A DNA stretch of 62,229 nt, counting the filler, from Fonticula-like sp. SCN 57-25 (lineage: Eukaryota), in assembly GCA_001724245.1 (NCBI GenBank). It is 3 parts of 3 records of this genome, joined end to end, with 100 filler letters (N's around TTAATTAATTAA, not from the genome) between each part and the next. Parts side by side here need not be neighbours in the genome. Positions count along the whole stretch, not along the records: positions 20,522 to 41,883 come from MEDX01000091.1; 2 more parts are not named here. One strand, 5' to 3'. Both the position numbers and the translations under genes were made by a program. Below, in pieces: positions 23,019 to 35,046 of the stretch. The notes under the pieces are model-generated. The model did not search any database and was not told where the DNA came from. It saw only the letters and a program-made list of their open reading frames with translations. The stretch's first letter is position 1. Each line of letters begins with the position of its first letter.

Positions 23019-25032
23019 ATGGCGGGCTACGTAGTAACTGCGCTGTGGGACTTTGATGCGGGCGCAGACGAAGAGTTGAGTTTTCCCGGCGTACGTGCTT
23101 ATCTCCGCGCCCATATCTTGACCTGACCTCGTTATAGGGTGCTCGGCTGCGCGTTCTCGAGGATGACAACCAAGAGTGGTACCGGGCCGAGTACAATGGC
23201 TCCGTCGGCATGGTCCCCAAGAACTACTTTGAGGTGACGGGCGAATCTGATGTCGATGACGATTTTGACGACTTTGACGACTATGACGGTGATGCCGCCC
23301 CGGCGTCGCGCGGCAAGCCATCCGTGCTGATCGTCCGCGTTCTCTACGATTACGAAGTGCGTCGCCCATTTTGTCGTCGGCATCGCTGACCTTTTCCTAG
23401 GCGACGACATCGGAGGAGCTTTCGATAACTCAGGGCGAAGTGCTGCAGGTTGTCGACGATTCTGACCCCGAGTGGTACCTTGCCAAGCCGATCGTGCGGC
23501 TCGGCGAGCAGGGCTACGTACCAAAGTCGTACGTCGAGGAAGAGGCCGTCCCCGCGTCGACGCAGCCCAAGAAGCCCAAGAAGGAAAAAAAGGACAAGGT
23601 GATCGACCCGCTCAAGGAGGAAGAAAAGCGCCGGCGGGCAGAGGAGAAGCAAAAGAAGCGCGAGGAGGACGCGAAGCGCAAGGAGGAGGAGAACAAGGAG
23701 CGCGAGAAGCGGAGGGAAGAAGAGAACAAGGAGCGTGAAAAGCGCCGCGAGGAAGAAGCCAAGGAACGCGAGAAGCGCCGAGAGGAAGAGGCCAAGGAGC
23801 GCGAGCGCCGCAAGGAAGAGGACATGAAGCGCCGCGAGGAGGACCAAAAGGAGCGCGAGCGCCGCCGCGAGGAGGAGCGCAAGTTCCGCGAAGAATCGGA
23901 GCGCATCGAAGCCGAACGCCTCGCTGCCGAGCGCCTCGCCTTTCAGAAAAAGATGTCTGCGCGCGTTGCCCGTACGATCAACAACGCACGCGTCACGTCG
24001 TGGGAGAAGCGCGGCGGATTTAGCGGCGGCTACTTTTTCATCATCGACGTCAACGCGACGGTCGGCAACTACATCATCGCGCGGTCGTACCAAGAGTTTT
24101 ACGACTTTCAGATCCAGCTGCTCGAGACGTTCCCTACCGAGGCCGGCGAGGGCAGCAACGGCGCCGCGCGCACCATCCCCTACCTGCCTGGGCAAAAGCT
24201 CATTGTCAACGAGGCTGTCACAAAGCAGCGCAAGGTCGACCTCGACCTGTACTGCCAGCAGCTCGCCAAGATGCCCGAGCACATCATGTCGTCGTTTATC
24301 GTGACAGACTTTTTCGGGCAGCGGCAGTCGGACGAGCTCGCGTACGGCGCGGCGGGGTCGTCAGGGTCAGCGGGGTCGGGCGAATCGGCCTCGGCGGCGC
24401 CGCTCAACCCGGCGCCAGTGAGGACGGCGCCCGCAAGGCGGCCCGTGCCGAGCATACCGGGCGACCGCAGCTCGGTCGTGCGCTCGGCGGCGGCAGGCGA
24501 AGACAGGGCGGCGGTGCAGCCGCCGTGGGCGCGCGGGCCGGCGACGACGACAGCGACCTCGCAGCCGGCGAGGAGGCCGCCGCCGCCGGGGGACAGTGGC
24601 GCTGCTCCTGCTCGCCCGCGGCCGGCGCCCGGGGCGACTTCCGCTGCCCGCCCGAGGCCGCCGCCGTCGATTGCCGCACAGGGTGGGGCGCCCGCCGCTT
24701 CCGCGCCGCGCCAGCAGCGCCCACCGCCCGCCGCAGCGCGCCCGAGGCCCGGGCCGTCCGCCGCTCCGCCGTCCGCCTCTACCTCTGCCGATGGCACGCC
24801 AAAGATCAAGGTCAAGGCGTACTACAAGGAAGAGGTCGTGTGCACGCTCGTTCCGCAGACGGTGCGCTTTACTGAGCTGCGCTCGCGGCTGTTTGCAAAG
24901 CTGGGGACGGCGCCAAAGCCGCTCCAGTACAAGGACGAGGACGGCGACATGGTCACGCTTCACAACGACGAGGATCTTGCGCTCGCGCTCGAGGCCAACC
25001 CGGCGCGGCTCGTCGTGTGGGTGTCGCTCTAG
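23019..25032 (+). CDS. BEM1: Bem1/Scd2/BemA-like polarity scaffold: SH3-SH3-(charged helix)-PX-(Pro-rich)-PB1
   Basis: ALWDFDAGADEELSF..EWYRA..GMVPKNYF; VLYDYE..EWYLAKPIVRLGEQGYVPKSYV; PX segment IARSYQEFYDFQIQLLETFPTEAG..IPYLPG; PB1 segment KIKVK..LQYKDEDGDMVTL. Confidence 0.85.
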
Positions 25033-25350
25033 CATGGAGGTAATATTTATCCGCGTTGAATGTACTCTAATGATTGTGTTTGCTTATGGCGCCACTGTCT
25101 GTTTCTGTATCTTGCAATAGTAAAAGTTCATATTTCCGGGTTTGGTAGAAGCAAGTGAAGATACGTGCACATATGGCCATATCCAGTATCCATGCAATGA
25201 TACAGAGAAAGTGACAAATCCGATTTTCCTGCAAAACAAAAAGTCCGTTGACAATAGAGCGTGATGTATTAAACAAGTCCAAACAGCAATAATGAAGAAA
25301 AAAAAGGTACATTTCAGAATTAATATGCCTCCGTCCTCTGTTGCCCGCGC

Positions 25351-26511
25351 CTACGCCGTCTGACGGCTCGTCTCCGTCTCCTGCTCGTACTCGATCTCGA
25401 CAAACTGTCCGCGCCTCCTCTTTGTCGCGGGCTTGGCCGGCGGGGCTGCCCGCTTGGGGGCGGGCGCGGGCGCCTTGCCCTTCGGGGGCCGCGGCGCCGG
25501 CGGCTGCTCGTCCTCCTCGTCCTCCTCGTCCTCTTCATCATCATCGCCTTCATCATCGTCATCACCTTCTTCGTCATCATCGTCGCCTTCTTCGTCTTCT
25601 TCGCCTTCGCCGTCCTCCATTTCAAACTCTTCGCCAAAGTCCTCGAGGTCCTCGAGGTCGTCCTCGTCAAAGTCTTCCACAAACTCGGACTGTTCGGCCG
25701 CCGTGTGAGCATCAAAAATAAAGTAGAAAATAAGCGTACCACGCCGACGTCCTCGTCGTCCTCCTCGTCCTCGTCCGAGAGCATGTCCTCCTCGCGGAGG
25801 CCGTCCTCGTCGGCCTGACCGCCCTGCGTCTGCAGCGCGCTCTCAAAGGCGACCTGCGGAAAGTTGTACACATCGCCGTACGTGCCCTTTTGCAACCGCT
25901 CCAAAAGCTCCTTTTCAATAGACTTTTCAAGCTTGGCCGCGACGAGCGCCTTTTGCTCGCGCGTCTTCTCTCGCCGCTCGATCTTCTTCTTGACGCCGAC
26001 AAGCTCGGGCGCATTTGTCTTGAGCGCGAGCTTGCGCATGCGGATCAAGTACTGCGTGATCTTTGTCAGGCGCTGCTTGGTCTTGTGAACAAGGAACTTT
26101 GGCCAATACCGAAGCTGCTCATCAAGCTGCGCAGGACAGGATTAGCATCACGATGGAGAAAGGGGGCAAAATCGAACCTGCTCGAGCGCCTTGCTGTACT
26201 GTTTTGACAGCTTGACGCGCTCCCACAACTTGGCGGGGGTGTGCGCGCGCTCGGGCGTCTTCATGTAAAGATAGCACACGCCGTCCTTCTCGAGGACCGT
26301 CGCGTAGCGGCTGTTGGCCAGCGGGCATGCCTCGCGGCGGCACAAGCCAGTCACATTATATTCATTGCGGCAAAAATTTCCATTCCGCGTTCTGCAAAGT
26401 ATCAAAAGGCGAAGGTCAGATATGCCAACGCGTCCAAATAGCAAGCGCGTACGTGATCTTGAACGAGCAGAACTGCTGGTTCAGCACCTGCCACACCAAC
26501 TCGTCGCTCAT
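25351..26511 (-). CDS. MAK16: Ribosome biogenesis protein MAK16, multi-exon
   Basis: [44 protein letters not shown], acidic tail, VEIEYEQE. Confidence 0.96.
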
Positions 26512-27154
26512 GGCCCGCGTGGCCTGAAGGCGAACTGGATGGTGATCACGTGACGAGTGCGATTAGACTCAAGTTTGCACTGTAAAATGTGGGGGGGGGC
26601 AGGCGGATATGGGCTTTGGGGCTGCAAGGCGCAACATGAGGACATATAGGGCAATGTACCGGTGTAATTTAACCTCTTTTCCTTTATGGTTTGCTTTCAA
26701 GCGAGGTCACTGGTCGCGAATCAGACAAAGTAAGTTCTCCATCGGAGCTTGTATCGTGCTCATTCCCCTACCGAGAGCCGTTCCTTCATCACTATTAAAA
26801 ATCAGCTATTGGAGACAAGCATTCACGCCCAGTGGTACATACAGCGTGCCGTTGCTGTCCATTCTTCATGCTCAATGCACCCCGCTGTCCTAAAGCAATG
26901 GCCGATTGTTGGAATGCTTGAATCAGTGATTTTCCCTGATCCGGATCTTATTCGATCGGGATTCAAGGCAACTGATTGCCCAGAGTTGACGCGTTTCACA
27001 CGAGGTGCGTGGCTTTGGTGTGCGTGTGTGAGAGAATGGGTGATGTACCGTTTACCGAGTCGGGGCTGAGCTGGCCGAGTGCGTACACGCCCCTAGTCCA
27101 ATGCAAATATAGCTTACACGCATGCTGCGCGCAGGCACCGGCACGCTCCAGCGC

Positions 27155-27892
27155 ATGTCGGAGAGCGAGGAGGAGAAGCAGGCGCGCCTCGACAAGATGG
27201 CCGAGGCGGTCAAAGTACTTCTCGAGTGCGTCGGAGAGGATCCCAACCGCGAGGGTCTGTTGAAGACACCGGAGAGATACGCCAAGGCCATGCTTTTCTT
27301 TACAAAGGGCTACGAGGAGAGCATCAGTGGTACGTGGGCGACGCTCTATGTAAGACAGGCGCTGACAAAGCACGCAGGTGTCATCAATGATGCCCTCTTC
27401 CTTGAGGGGCACGACGAGATGGTCATTGTGCGCGACATTGAGATCTTTTCCATGTGCGAGCACCACCTCGTCCCCTTCACCGGCCGTGTCTCGATCGGCT
27501 ACATCCCGAACGGCAAGGTGATCGGTCTCAGCAAGCTGGTGCGCAAAACCATCCCCGCGCTTTTCGCTCACCCGGATTCTGTAGGCGCGCATCGCCGAGA
27601 TGTACAGCCGCCGTCTCCAAATCCAGGAGCGCCTCGGCCGGCAGATCGCCATGACGCTGCAGGAGGTGCTGCAGCCCCGCGGCGTCGCCGTGGTTATAGA
27701 ATCAAGGTGCGGGTAATTTTTCCGCTGTATTCATGGCTGACGCGTCGGTGCAGCCACCTGTGCATGGTCATGCGTGGCGTCCAAAAGTCGACGAGCAGCA
27801 CGCTCACCAGCTGCATGCTGGGCGCGTTCCGCGACGACCCGCGTACTCGCGAAGAGTTCCTTTCGCTCGTTCGCACGCCGCAGAACCACTAG
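27155..27892 (+). CDS. GCH1: GTP cyclohydrolase I, multi-exon (start may lie in an upstream exon)
   Basis: [64 protein letters not shown]. Confidence 0.96.
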   Translation: MSESEEEKQARLDKMAEAVKVLLECVGEDPNREGLLKTPERYAKAMLFFTKGYEESISGTWATLYVRQALTKHAGVINDALFLEGHDEMVIVRDIEIFSMCEHHLVPFTGRVSIGYIPNGKVIGLSKLVRKTIPALFAHPDSVGAHRRDVQPPSPNPGAPRPADRHDAAGGAAAPRRRRGYRIKVRVIFPLYSWLTRRCSHLCMVMRGVQKSTSSTLTSCMLGAFRDDPRTREEFLSLVRTPQNH

Positions 27893-28750
27893 ACGAAGCT
27901 GTGCAATTTACCGCCGCGTCACTCTCCAATAGCTTATATATTTTTGTTTACCAGTTTGTTTGTTTCTATCCCCCTTTTGCAATTTTTGTTCGATTATTAT
28001 GAAATTGACGCCAAAATGACCTTGGCGTCCCCCCCAAGTATACCAAATACCGAGTTTAGCCGCCGAAAGACGTTCACTATGCGCGTTCCGCGGTAGCGGG
28101 CTGCCGCTCGCCATCTCACTCTAGCGCAATCGATATCGATGGGCAGCCCTGCAGCCCCGGGCGCGTGATACGGCCGCCAGGCCCCCACCCGCGTTATCCC
28201 GATGGAAGCCGCAATCGACGTGCTATCGAAGCGCTATGGGGGCGCCACTGATGTCGCTTCATCTGTTCGTCGCTCGTGATTGGTCCGCCTGCGATGATCG
28301 TTGATAAGGCCACAAAGGCCTCGATTTGTTTTCACGCGCGCTCTGGACTTTCTCTTCCTATAAAGGCAAATTGTGGACAAACATCCGATTGACCCGAAAT
28401 TCCCTTTTAACCGTCTCTCCTTTTAATCGAGATGTATCATATTGGTGAGACGATTTTCAGCAGCGCAACTTCCTTTTTGGGACAAGTTCGACGCGTTTCG
28501 TTTTTTATCCGTGAGAGAAGAAAGATTCTTGTTTGATAGTAGTGCGGACGAGGGAGGGCGAGGAGAAGACGTCGTCGGAGCGCGAGCGTGTGTGTGAAAG
28601 GGAGGCCTTTGCACGAGAGGAGCTGCAAGTTGGCAAGAAATTGAGTGGAGACGCTTGAGCGAAAAGGAAGGCAACATAACGAGTGTCACCCTGGATTCGC
28701 TGTGGGGCAACAATTGTAGTAGTGGTCGAGCTGCTGCGGGGATTTCGAGC

Positions 28751-29252
28751 ATGAGCATCGGGGTTGTGACGTCGATGGACGCGCTAAGGAGAGTCCCGTC
28801 GCTGCCGTCACTGGATAGCTGGGACGCAGCGGCCGCGTCGAGCATGGGGATGCCGTGCGCTATGACGGCGATGCCGTCGCCGGTGCCTGCGAGCCCCGGA
28901 AAGCGGTCGAGAGGTGCGTACATTCTTGGCAAACAAGATTTTGTTTTGTTGTTTTTTGGAATTTCACGGCTAATATTTGCTTATTGTAGACGGTCGCGAG
29001 CACACTGACGAAGAGGAAGAGGAGGACTATTTTTCCGACGCCGTGGCTTCGTCATGTCACTTGAAGCGGTCTGTGCTGCCGTCGCACTTGTATACGTCGA
29101 ATGAGAGGTTACTTCAGCGCGACGTCGAATCGTATCTCGCGTCGTCCGGAAGGAGGAAGGCGTACCCGAATATTCTCGCCGTCCCGCCGACGCCCGCCCC
29201 GTCATTATGCGGGTCGCCCGAGTCGTCGGTACCGTCGTCGCCGATCGGTTAA
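28751..29252 (+). CDS. Small two-exon Ser/Pro-rich orphan protein
   Basis: A GTGCGT..TAG intron joins ..PGKRSR|DGREHTDEEEEEDYF in frame. Long flanking non-coding regions; TATAAA at 28359. Confidence 0.55.
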
Positions 29253-30184
29253 AGGTTGCGCGACGTCATCATGGACTCTGAGGATTGTTTTTGTCCTCAG
29301 AGCGCGAGCTTTTTTCGGTGTTTTTCTTTCTTCATTTGTTCGTTTTGGTGTATTACAAGTACTTTGGTGTATTTAAGTACGCTTTAGTTTGGTGTGGCCG
29401 GCGGGTCTCATTTTCGAGACCTACGTCATCGCCCACCGCCGGATTGCCGCCTGTCGTTTTGTGCGGCGATCCCCCTCTCCTTCTGTTGCTTTTTTCGTCT
29501 CCTGCGCTTTCGCGCCATCGATTGTGTCGCGTCCAGGACGAGGCAAGCTGACAGACCGAGTGAAAAAATGTTAGCATTCGTTAATTTTCTTCTTTCCCGT
29601 TGACTTGGTCATCTCGAACGTTAATTTTCCGAGTCATATTAGCAAGGTGTGGTGGTAGTATTGGTATATGCATGAACGCCGAGTGCGTTTCCTCGCTGCT
29701 TTGTTTGAGTTTTCGGGCTTGAATAGCGTACTATTTGTGTGCGCGGCGTAGGGTTTATTTGATTATGTATTTGCCCGATGTTATTGGTCACTTGTTATAC
29801 GTGTCGTCTTCTTTAATCATTCTCATTTAGTGTACACAATGTTCCCTGATACCTTTTTTGCCTTTGTACGGTCTTGGCGCGAGCCCCACGTTTTTTTTTT
29901 TTTGTTTAGCGTGGCCGCCCAGCACCTGCTCGGGTCCTTATGTTTCGGCTTAATGTATCATCCATTTAAGCAACTTTATGTCCCTGCCCACACCTCTAAA
30001 AGCCCCACTAACTGAATACCACACTGGTCCACACTCGCCTTCCTTTTCCCTTTTGAAGGCCACTTTAGAATAGAAAGAAGATCATTATTATGTGGACATT
30101 CTGGCGCCCCAGAACAGCAACTAGAATGGCATAAAAAACTTTATATTTCACCGCATATTACAACCGGCGCGTCATTCACAGCAA

Positions 30185-30446
30185 TTAGTGCTCAACACCG
30201 TTCTTGGCCTGGATGTAGCCCGAAGTCTTGTGGGCAGCGGCTGTGTTTGAAAGAAGAACGAAAATGAGGAAGAGGCAAAATCAAAACATTTAGCGTCGAT
30301 AGACGGGCGAAAACAAAGCAGAAATAAAAAGAGGGCGTACGGTTACGGTACGACGCAAGGTAGGCCTTGGTGAAAAGGTAGCCCGAGGCGGCGAAGCCAA
30401 CGACAAAAGGCCAAATCGGCTTGAAAGTCTGAACCAGAGAGGCCAT
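30185..30446 (-). CDS. ATP18: Small mitochondrial ATP synthase subunit j (Atp18-like), two coding exons plus a 5'UTR intron
   Basis: Spliced product MASLVQTFKPIWPFVVGFAASGYLFTKAYLASYRNPAAHKTSGYIQAKNGVEH resembles the WPFF-TM motif of fungal Atp18. Confidence 0.6.
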
Positions 30447-30642
30447 CTTTCTTGCTACGAAAAGAAAAGGCAAAAAAAAAGTCAGAATACTGTGCGTAAT
30501 ACAGGAAAACTCCTTTTGCGCGTCTGCAATGCTCCGCGCGACCCTCCTTCGTCTCAGTAGCCGCCGCCACCCAACCCAGTCCGCCACTCGAAACGCGTAC
30601 CTCACAGCACTATGGGAGGGAAAGGAACAAGCGCATGCGATG

Positions 30643-30663
30643 TGACGTCACACGCTGACGTCA
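30643..30663. promoter_or_regulatory. Paired CRE sites in the ATP18/DDX52 divergent promoter
   Basis: TGACGTCA at 30643-30650 and 30656-30663. Confidence 0.6.
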
Positions 30664-30700
30664 CAACGGTCGCCAATTGACTGCCCCTCAAGTGACCATC

Positions 30701-32548
30701 ATGGCCTCGCGGGGGGATCTGGACGGCGCGGCTGGCTTGGCGTCGCTCGCGGGCGAGCGCGTTGCGTTCCAGGAGCACACTGAGCGCTCTCTCTTTATGA
30801 GCTTAGGAGCCGGGGCGCGGTTCGGTAAGAACAAGCGCATCGCTCCCGCAGATCGCCAGCCTGCCGCTGGCGGTGCGCATGGCGCACGCCGCCCTGCCAA
30901 AGGCTCGGCCGCCGCTTCGTCGTCGGCAGCCCAGGCAGCAGCCACGTCGCTCGACTTTTTCGGTACCGGCGCTTTCAAGAGCATTGCTGCGCCTGACGCT
31001 GCGTCGCCTGCGTCGGACGACGATGAGGTCGAGGAGCCCGTTGTCAAGAAGGCGCGTCAGCATCGCCCGTCAAAGGACCACACTGACGATGAGGCCGAGA
31101 CCGTTGACGATGAGGAGGAGGAGGAGGAAGAGGACGCTCCGTTGGAGAGCGCGGCGGATCTCCCCCTGAACACGTTTGAGGACCAGCAAGTGTTCCGCAA
31201 GCGCTTCCGCATCCGCGCGACCGGCAACGACGTCCCTGCGCCCGTCGCCTCGTTCAGCTCGTTTGCCGAGCGCTACAACCTCGCCACGTTTCTTTCGCGG
31301 AACCTGTCGGATTGCGGGTACGCCATCCCGACCCCGATCCAGATGCAGGCGCTTCCCGTGATCGCCGAGGGCCGCGAACTTCTTGCTTGCGCCCCGACCG
31401 GCTCTGGTAAGACGCTGGCGTACGTGCTGCCGATCATCCACGCGCTCAAAAGCCCGTCGACCATCGGCTACCGCGCGGTTTTTGTTGTCCCGACGCGCGA
31501 ACTTGCACAGCAGATCTTTCGCGAGATCAAGCGCGTGACAGTCGGCCGCAACTTTAAGGCGTGCGTTTTGACCAAGGCGACGAGCGCCGCCAACTCGCTC
31601 AACAACAAGGCCGCCGCCAAGTTTGACATTTTGATCACGACGCCGATGCGTCTCGTTCACCTTGTCAAGGAGGACGCCGTCGACCTGAGCCACGTGCTGC
31701 ACCTTGTGCTCGACGAAGGCGACAAGCTGCTCGAGATGGGCTTTCTGGAGCAGGTCGACACGATCCTCGCTGCGTGCACGCACACGTCGCTCAACCGCCA
31801 CCTGCTGTCTGCGACGCTGTCGTCGGCGGTGGAGAGCCTAGCAAAGTCGTTCATGCGCGACCCCGTGCAGGTCGTGATTGGCGGCCGCAGCGCCGCCGCG
31901 CAGACGGTCGACCAGAAGCTGCTGTACGTCGGCAGCGAGGACGGCAAGCTGCTCGCGCTGCGCCAGCTCGTGCAGCGCGGCGTGCACCCGCCGGTGCTCG
32001 TGTTTGTGCAGTCAAAGGAGCGCGCCAAGGACCTCTTCCACGAGCTCGTCTACGACGGCATCAACGTTGACGTCATCCACGCCGAGCGCACGCAGCAGCA
32101 GCGTGACAACATCGTGGAGCAGTTCCGCGCGGGGCGCATCTGGTTCCTCATTGCGACAGACCTCATGGGCCGCGGTATGGACTTTAAGGGCGTCAACATG
32201 GTCGTCAACTATGACTTTCCGCAGACGACCGTCAGCTACATTCACCGCATTGGTCGTGCGGGTCGCGCGGGGCGCCGCGGCGAGGCGGTTACTTTTTTCA
32301 CGAATGACGACGCGCCAATGCTCAGGAGCATTGCCCACGTCATCAAGTCGGCGGGCGGCGAGGTGCCCGAGTACATGCTGCAGATGAGGAAGCGCAGCAG
32401 GAACGAGCGCAAGGAGCGCGCCAAGCACCCCATCGAGCGGAGAGACATCAACCCGATCCCGCAGTTTGACAAGCGCCAGTGGGGGCACAAGCGGCAGATG
32501 ATCGAGCAGTCGCACCAAAAGACAAACAAGAAGGACGACGAAAAGTAA
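30701..32548 (+). CDS. DDX52: DEAD-box RNA helicase ROK1/DDX52, intronless
   Basis: LGAGARF, PTPIQMQ, APTGSGKT, PTRELA, DEGD, PPVLVFVQSKERAKDLFHEL, YIHRIGRAGRAGR. Confidence 0.95.
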   Translation: MASRGDLDGAAGLASLAGERVAFQEHTERSLFMSLGAGARFGKNKRIAPADRQPAAGGAHGARRPAKGSAAASSSAAQAAATSLDFFGTGAFKSIAAPDAASPASDDDEVEEPVVKKARQHRPSKDHTDDEAETVDDEEEEEEEDAPLESAADLPLNTFEDQQVFRKRFRIRATGNDVPAPVASFSSFAERYNLATFLSRNLSDCGYAIPTPIQMQALPVIAEGRELLACAPTGSGKTLAYVLPIIHALKSPSTIGYRAVFVVPTRELAQQIFREIKRVTVGRNFKACVLTKATSAANSLNNKAAAKFDILITTPMRLVHLVKEDAVDLSHVLHLVLDEGDKLLEMGFLEQVDTILAACTHTSLNRHLLSATLSSAVESLAKSFMRDPVQVVIGGRSAAAQTVDQKLLYVGSEDGKLLALRQLVQRGVHPPVLVFVQSKERAKDLFHELVYDGINVDVIHAERTQQQRDNIVEQFRAGRIWFLIATDLMGRGMDFKGVNMVVNYDFPQTTVSYIHRIGRAGRAGRRGEAVTFFTNDDAPMLRSIAHVIKSAGGEVPEYMLQMRKRSRNERKERAKHPIERRDINPIPQFDKRQWGHKRQMIEQSHQKTNKKDDEK

Positions 32549-32784
32549 ATATCTATTCTTTGCATATCGAGTTTTTGCGTGTACACCAGCGTCTAATATG
32601 ATTGATATTCTCTTGGATTTCCTTCATGTATTTGCCAACTATTCGTCTTACATAACTACACCCAGGCGCGCCGCCACACTGGCCGCCGCCTGATTCCTCA
32701 ACATTGCACACGCGCGCACACGCGCACGCACTCTCCTCAACTAAAAGGGCAACTAAAATGCGCAGAAAAGGGGAAAAATGCGGC

Positions 32785-35046
32785 CTACTCAAACTGGCGC
32801 AGGTCTAGCGACTTTAGCTTGTACAAGAGCGGCGCCTCGCCGTCCGCGTCGTCCTTGCCGATCTGCAGCTCGACATTGCCCGCATTCACAAGATGCAGCG
32901 ATGCGATGAACACGCGGATGACCTCGGCCGGCGTCGCGTCCTTGCCCGCGACCGTCTCAAGCGGCAGCACCGCATCTAGCAATGGTCAGCAGGGCAGCGG
33001 CAAAGCGAAAAAAAACGCGCACTCTTCTTCATCTTGCGCGTCGAAAACGACTCGAGGACGCCCTCGCCGTACTTGTGCACGTCAAAGAACGGCTGCTTCT
33101 CCTGCTCCTTGAGCACCGCCTGCAGCTTGTCCTCCCACTCGCGCACCCGCCGCGACATGTTGGTCTCGAGCTGCTGCTCATACCGCTGCGCGCTCAACAG
33201 ATACGATTCCTAAGGCACAAATGTCAGCAAAATGAATGTAACTCGATGACAGTCGTACAATCTTGGCGCGGCAGAGGTCCTCGTACGTCTGCGTAAAGTC
33301 ACTGTCGGACGGTGCATTGGTCTCGGCCTGCGCGGGCGCCGCGCCGAGGTCGACCGCGCCGCCGCCCAGCGAGAGCGTCGGCACAAAGTCGTCCATGTTC
33401 ACCTCAAAGTCACCGCCAAAGCCTGGCCGCTCGCCGTCGTCGTCGTCGTCGCTCAGCGCGCCAATGGAGAAGTTGAGGTCGCCGGGCGCGACGACCGAAC
33501 GGAAGCCGCGGGGGGCGCGCGAGCCCGTCGACTTGCGCGCAGCGCGTGTGTACAAGTAGTCGAATTCTATAAAATTGTTAGCGAGTGGGAAAAAGACAGA
33601 ATAAAGTGTCGAAATATGGCAAAAAGGCGACACAAAGGCAGCACAAATTGGCCAAAACACAACAAAACACGGCAATCTACGCACCCCTGAATGATGGCCC
33701 CGCCATAAAGTTTGGCCCGCGGGCGACGGTCGCCGCTCCCTTGGGGTCCTCTGCGGCCGCCATGCTCTCGAGGAAAGCGTCGACGCTGACGACCGGGAGC
33801 ACGAGTGCCTCCCCCTCTTGCTCCTTTTGCAGCTGCTTGGCCGTCCGCCGCCCCGACTTTGTGGTCGGCTCGGCGCCCTCGGCCTCCTTGTCGGCGATCT
33901 TGGGCAGGCGGTACGTCTTGCCAATGCGCATCGGCTTGCTGGCCGACGGGATCGTCGCGTGCGGGTCCATCTGCGCCCACGGGTCCGCGTAGTCGCCGCC
34001 GAGCGACATGTTGAGCGCGTTCCGGCCGGCGCTCTTGCCAACAAACGACGGGCTCGCAAGGTCCAAAAAGTCGCCGCCCGACACGCCCAGCTCGTCCTCG
34101 GGGTCGTCCACGTTGCCGCCAACAAGCGGCAGGGCGCTCGCACGGTTTCCACCACCGAGCTCGTCGTCGCTGCCGGCGCCGCCCGCGCCAAAGTCGCCGC
34201 CGCCGCCGAGCGCGAGCTCGTCGTCGTCGTCGTCCATCTCGTGGTCGGGGCCGCCAAAGCCGCCCTCCTCAACCGGAAAGTCCTCTAGGCGAATGTGCAT
34301 CTCGGCGTCGGGCACTGCCGCGACGGCGGCCACGGGCGGCGAGCGGATAGAGACGGCCGCCTGCGCCGCGATCGTCGAGTCGAGCAGGAGGGCTCCATTG
34401 TCGGCGATCACAGACGTGTTCATGCGAAAGTCGTCCTTGCGGCCAATGACGTCGCCTTTGCTGCTCAAAAGGTGGCCGGACGAACGGTCCATTGACGGGA
34501 GAAAGGCGATCGGCGTCCGCGACAGCAGATTCCGCGCCGGCATCGCGGCCGCGTCCTCGACGACATCAATGTTGGCGGCAGGCGTCAAGTCATCGAGCGT
34601 TAGAAATTCGTCCACATCACGGCCCCAAAGGCTCTCGTCATCCTCTGGCAAACGGTCGCGCTGCTGCTGCTTCTTCTTCTCCGCCATCATCTCCAGCGTC
34701 TGATGCGTTAGCGTGTACAGGTACTCTACCTTTCGACTGTAAATCATGGCAGACCCCTGAATCAGAAGCGCGGCCTCGGCAAAATTGAGCTTGCGGCCGT
34801 CATCCAACGAATACGTAATGTTCTTCAACTCGTCCGCATACTCGGCGAGCTCATTGGCAATGTCCACGTCCCAGTTCATGGCAAGATCCCTACCGCCATA
34901 ATCGGTGAGCGCGCCAAGAATCGCCAAACCAAACCAAAGGCGAACCTGATGGGCTGCAACAGATGATTGTACCGGCCGTCACGCTCTGTGTTTCTCTCCA
35001 CGGTGACCGCCGACATGGCGCCGCCCGCGCGACCCGCTCGCCTCAT
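32785..35046 (-). CDS. NCAPH2: Condensin II kleisin subunit CAP-H2, multi-exon
   Basis: RYNHLLQPIR|DLAMNWDVDIA..LNFAEAALLIQGSAMIYSRKVEYLY; TYEDLCR; FDVHKYG; RVFIASLHLVNAGNVEL. Confidence 0.93.
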
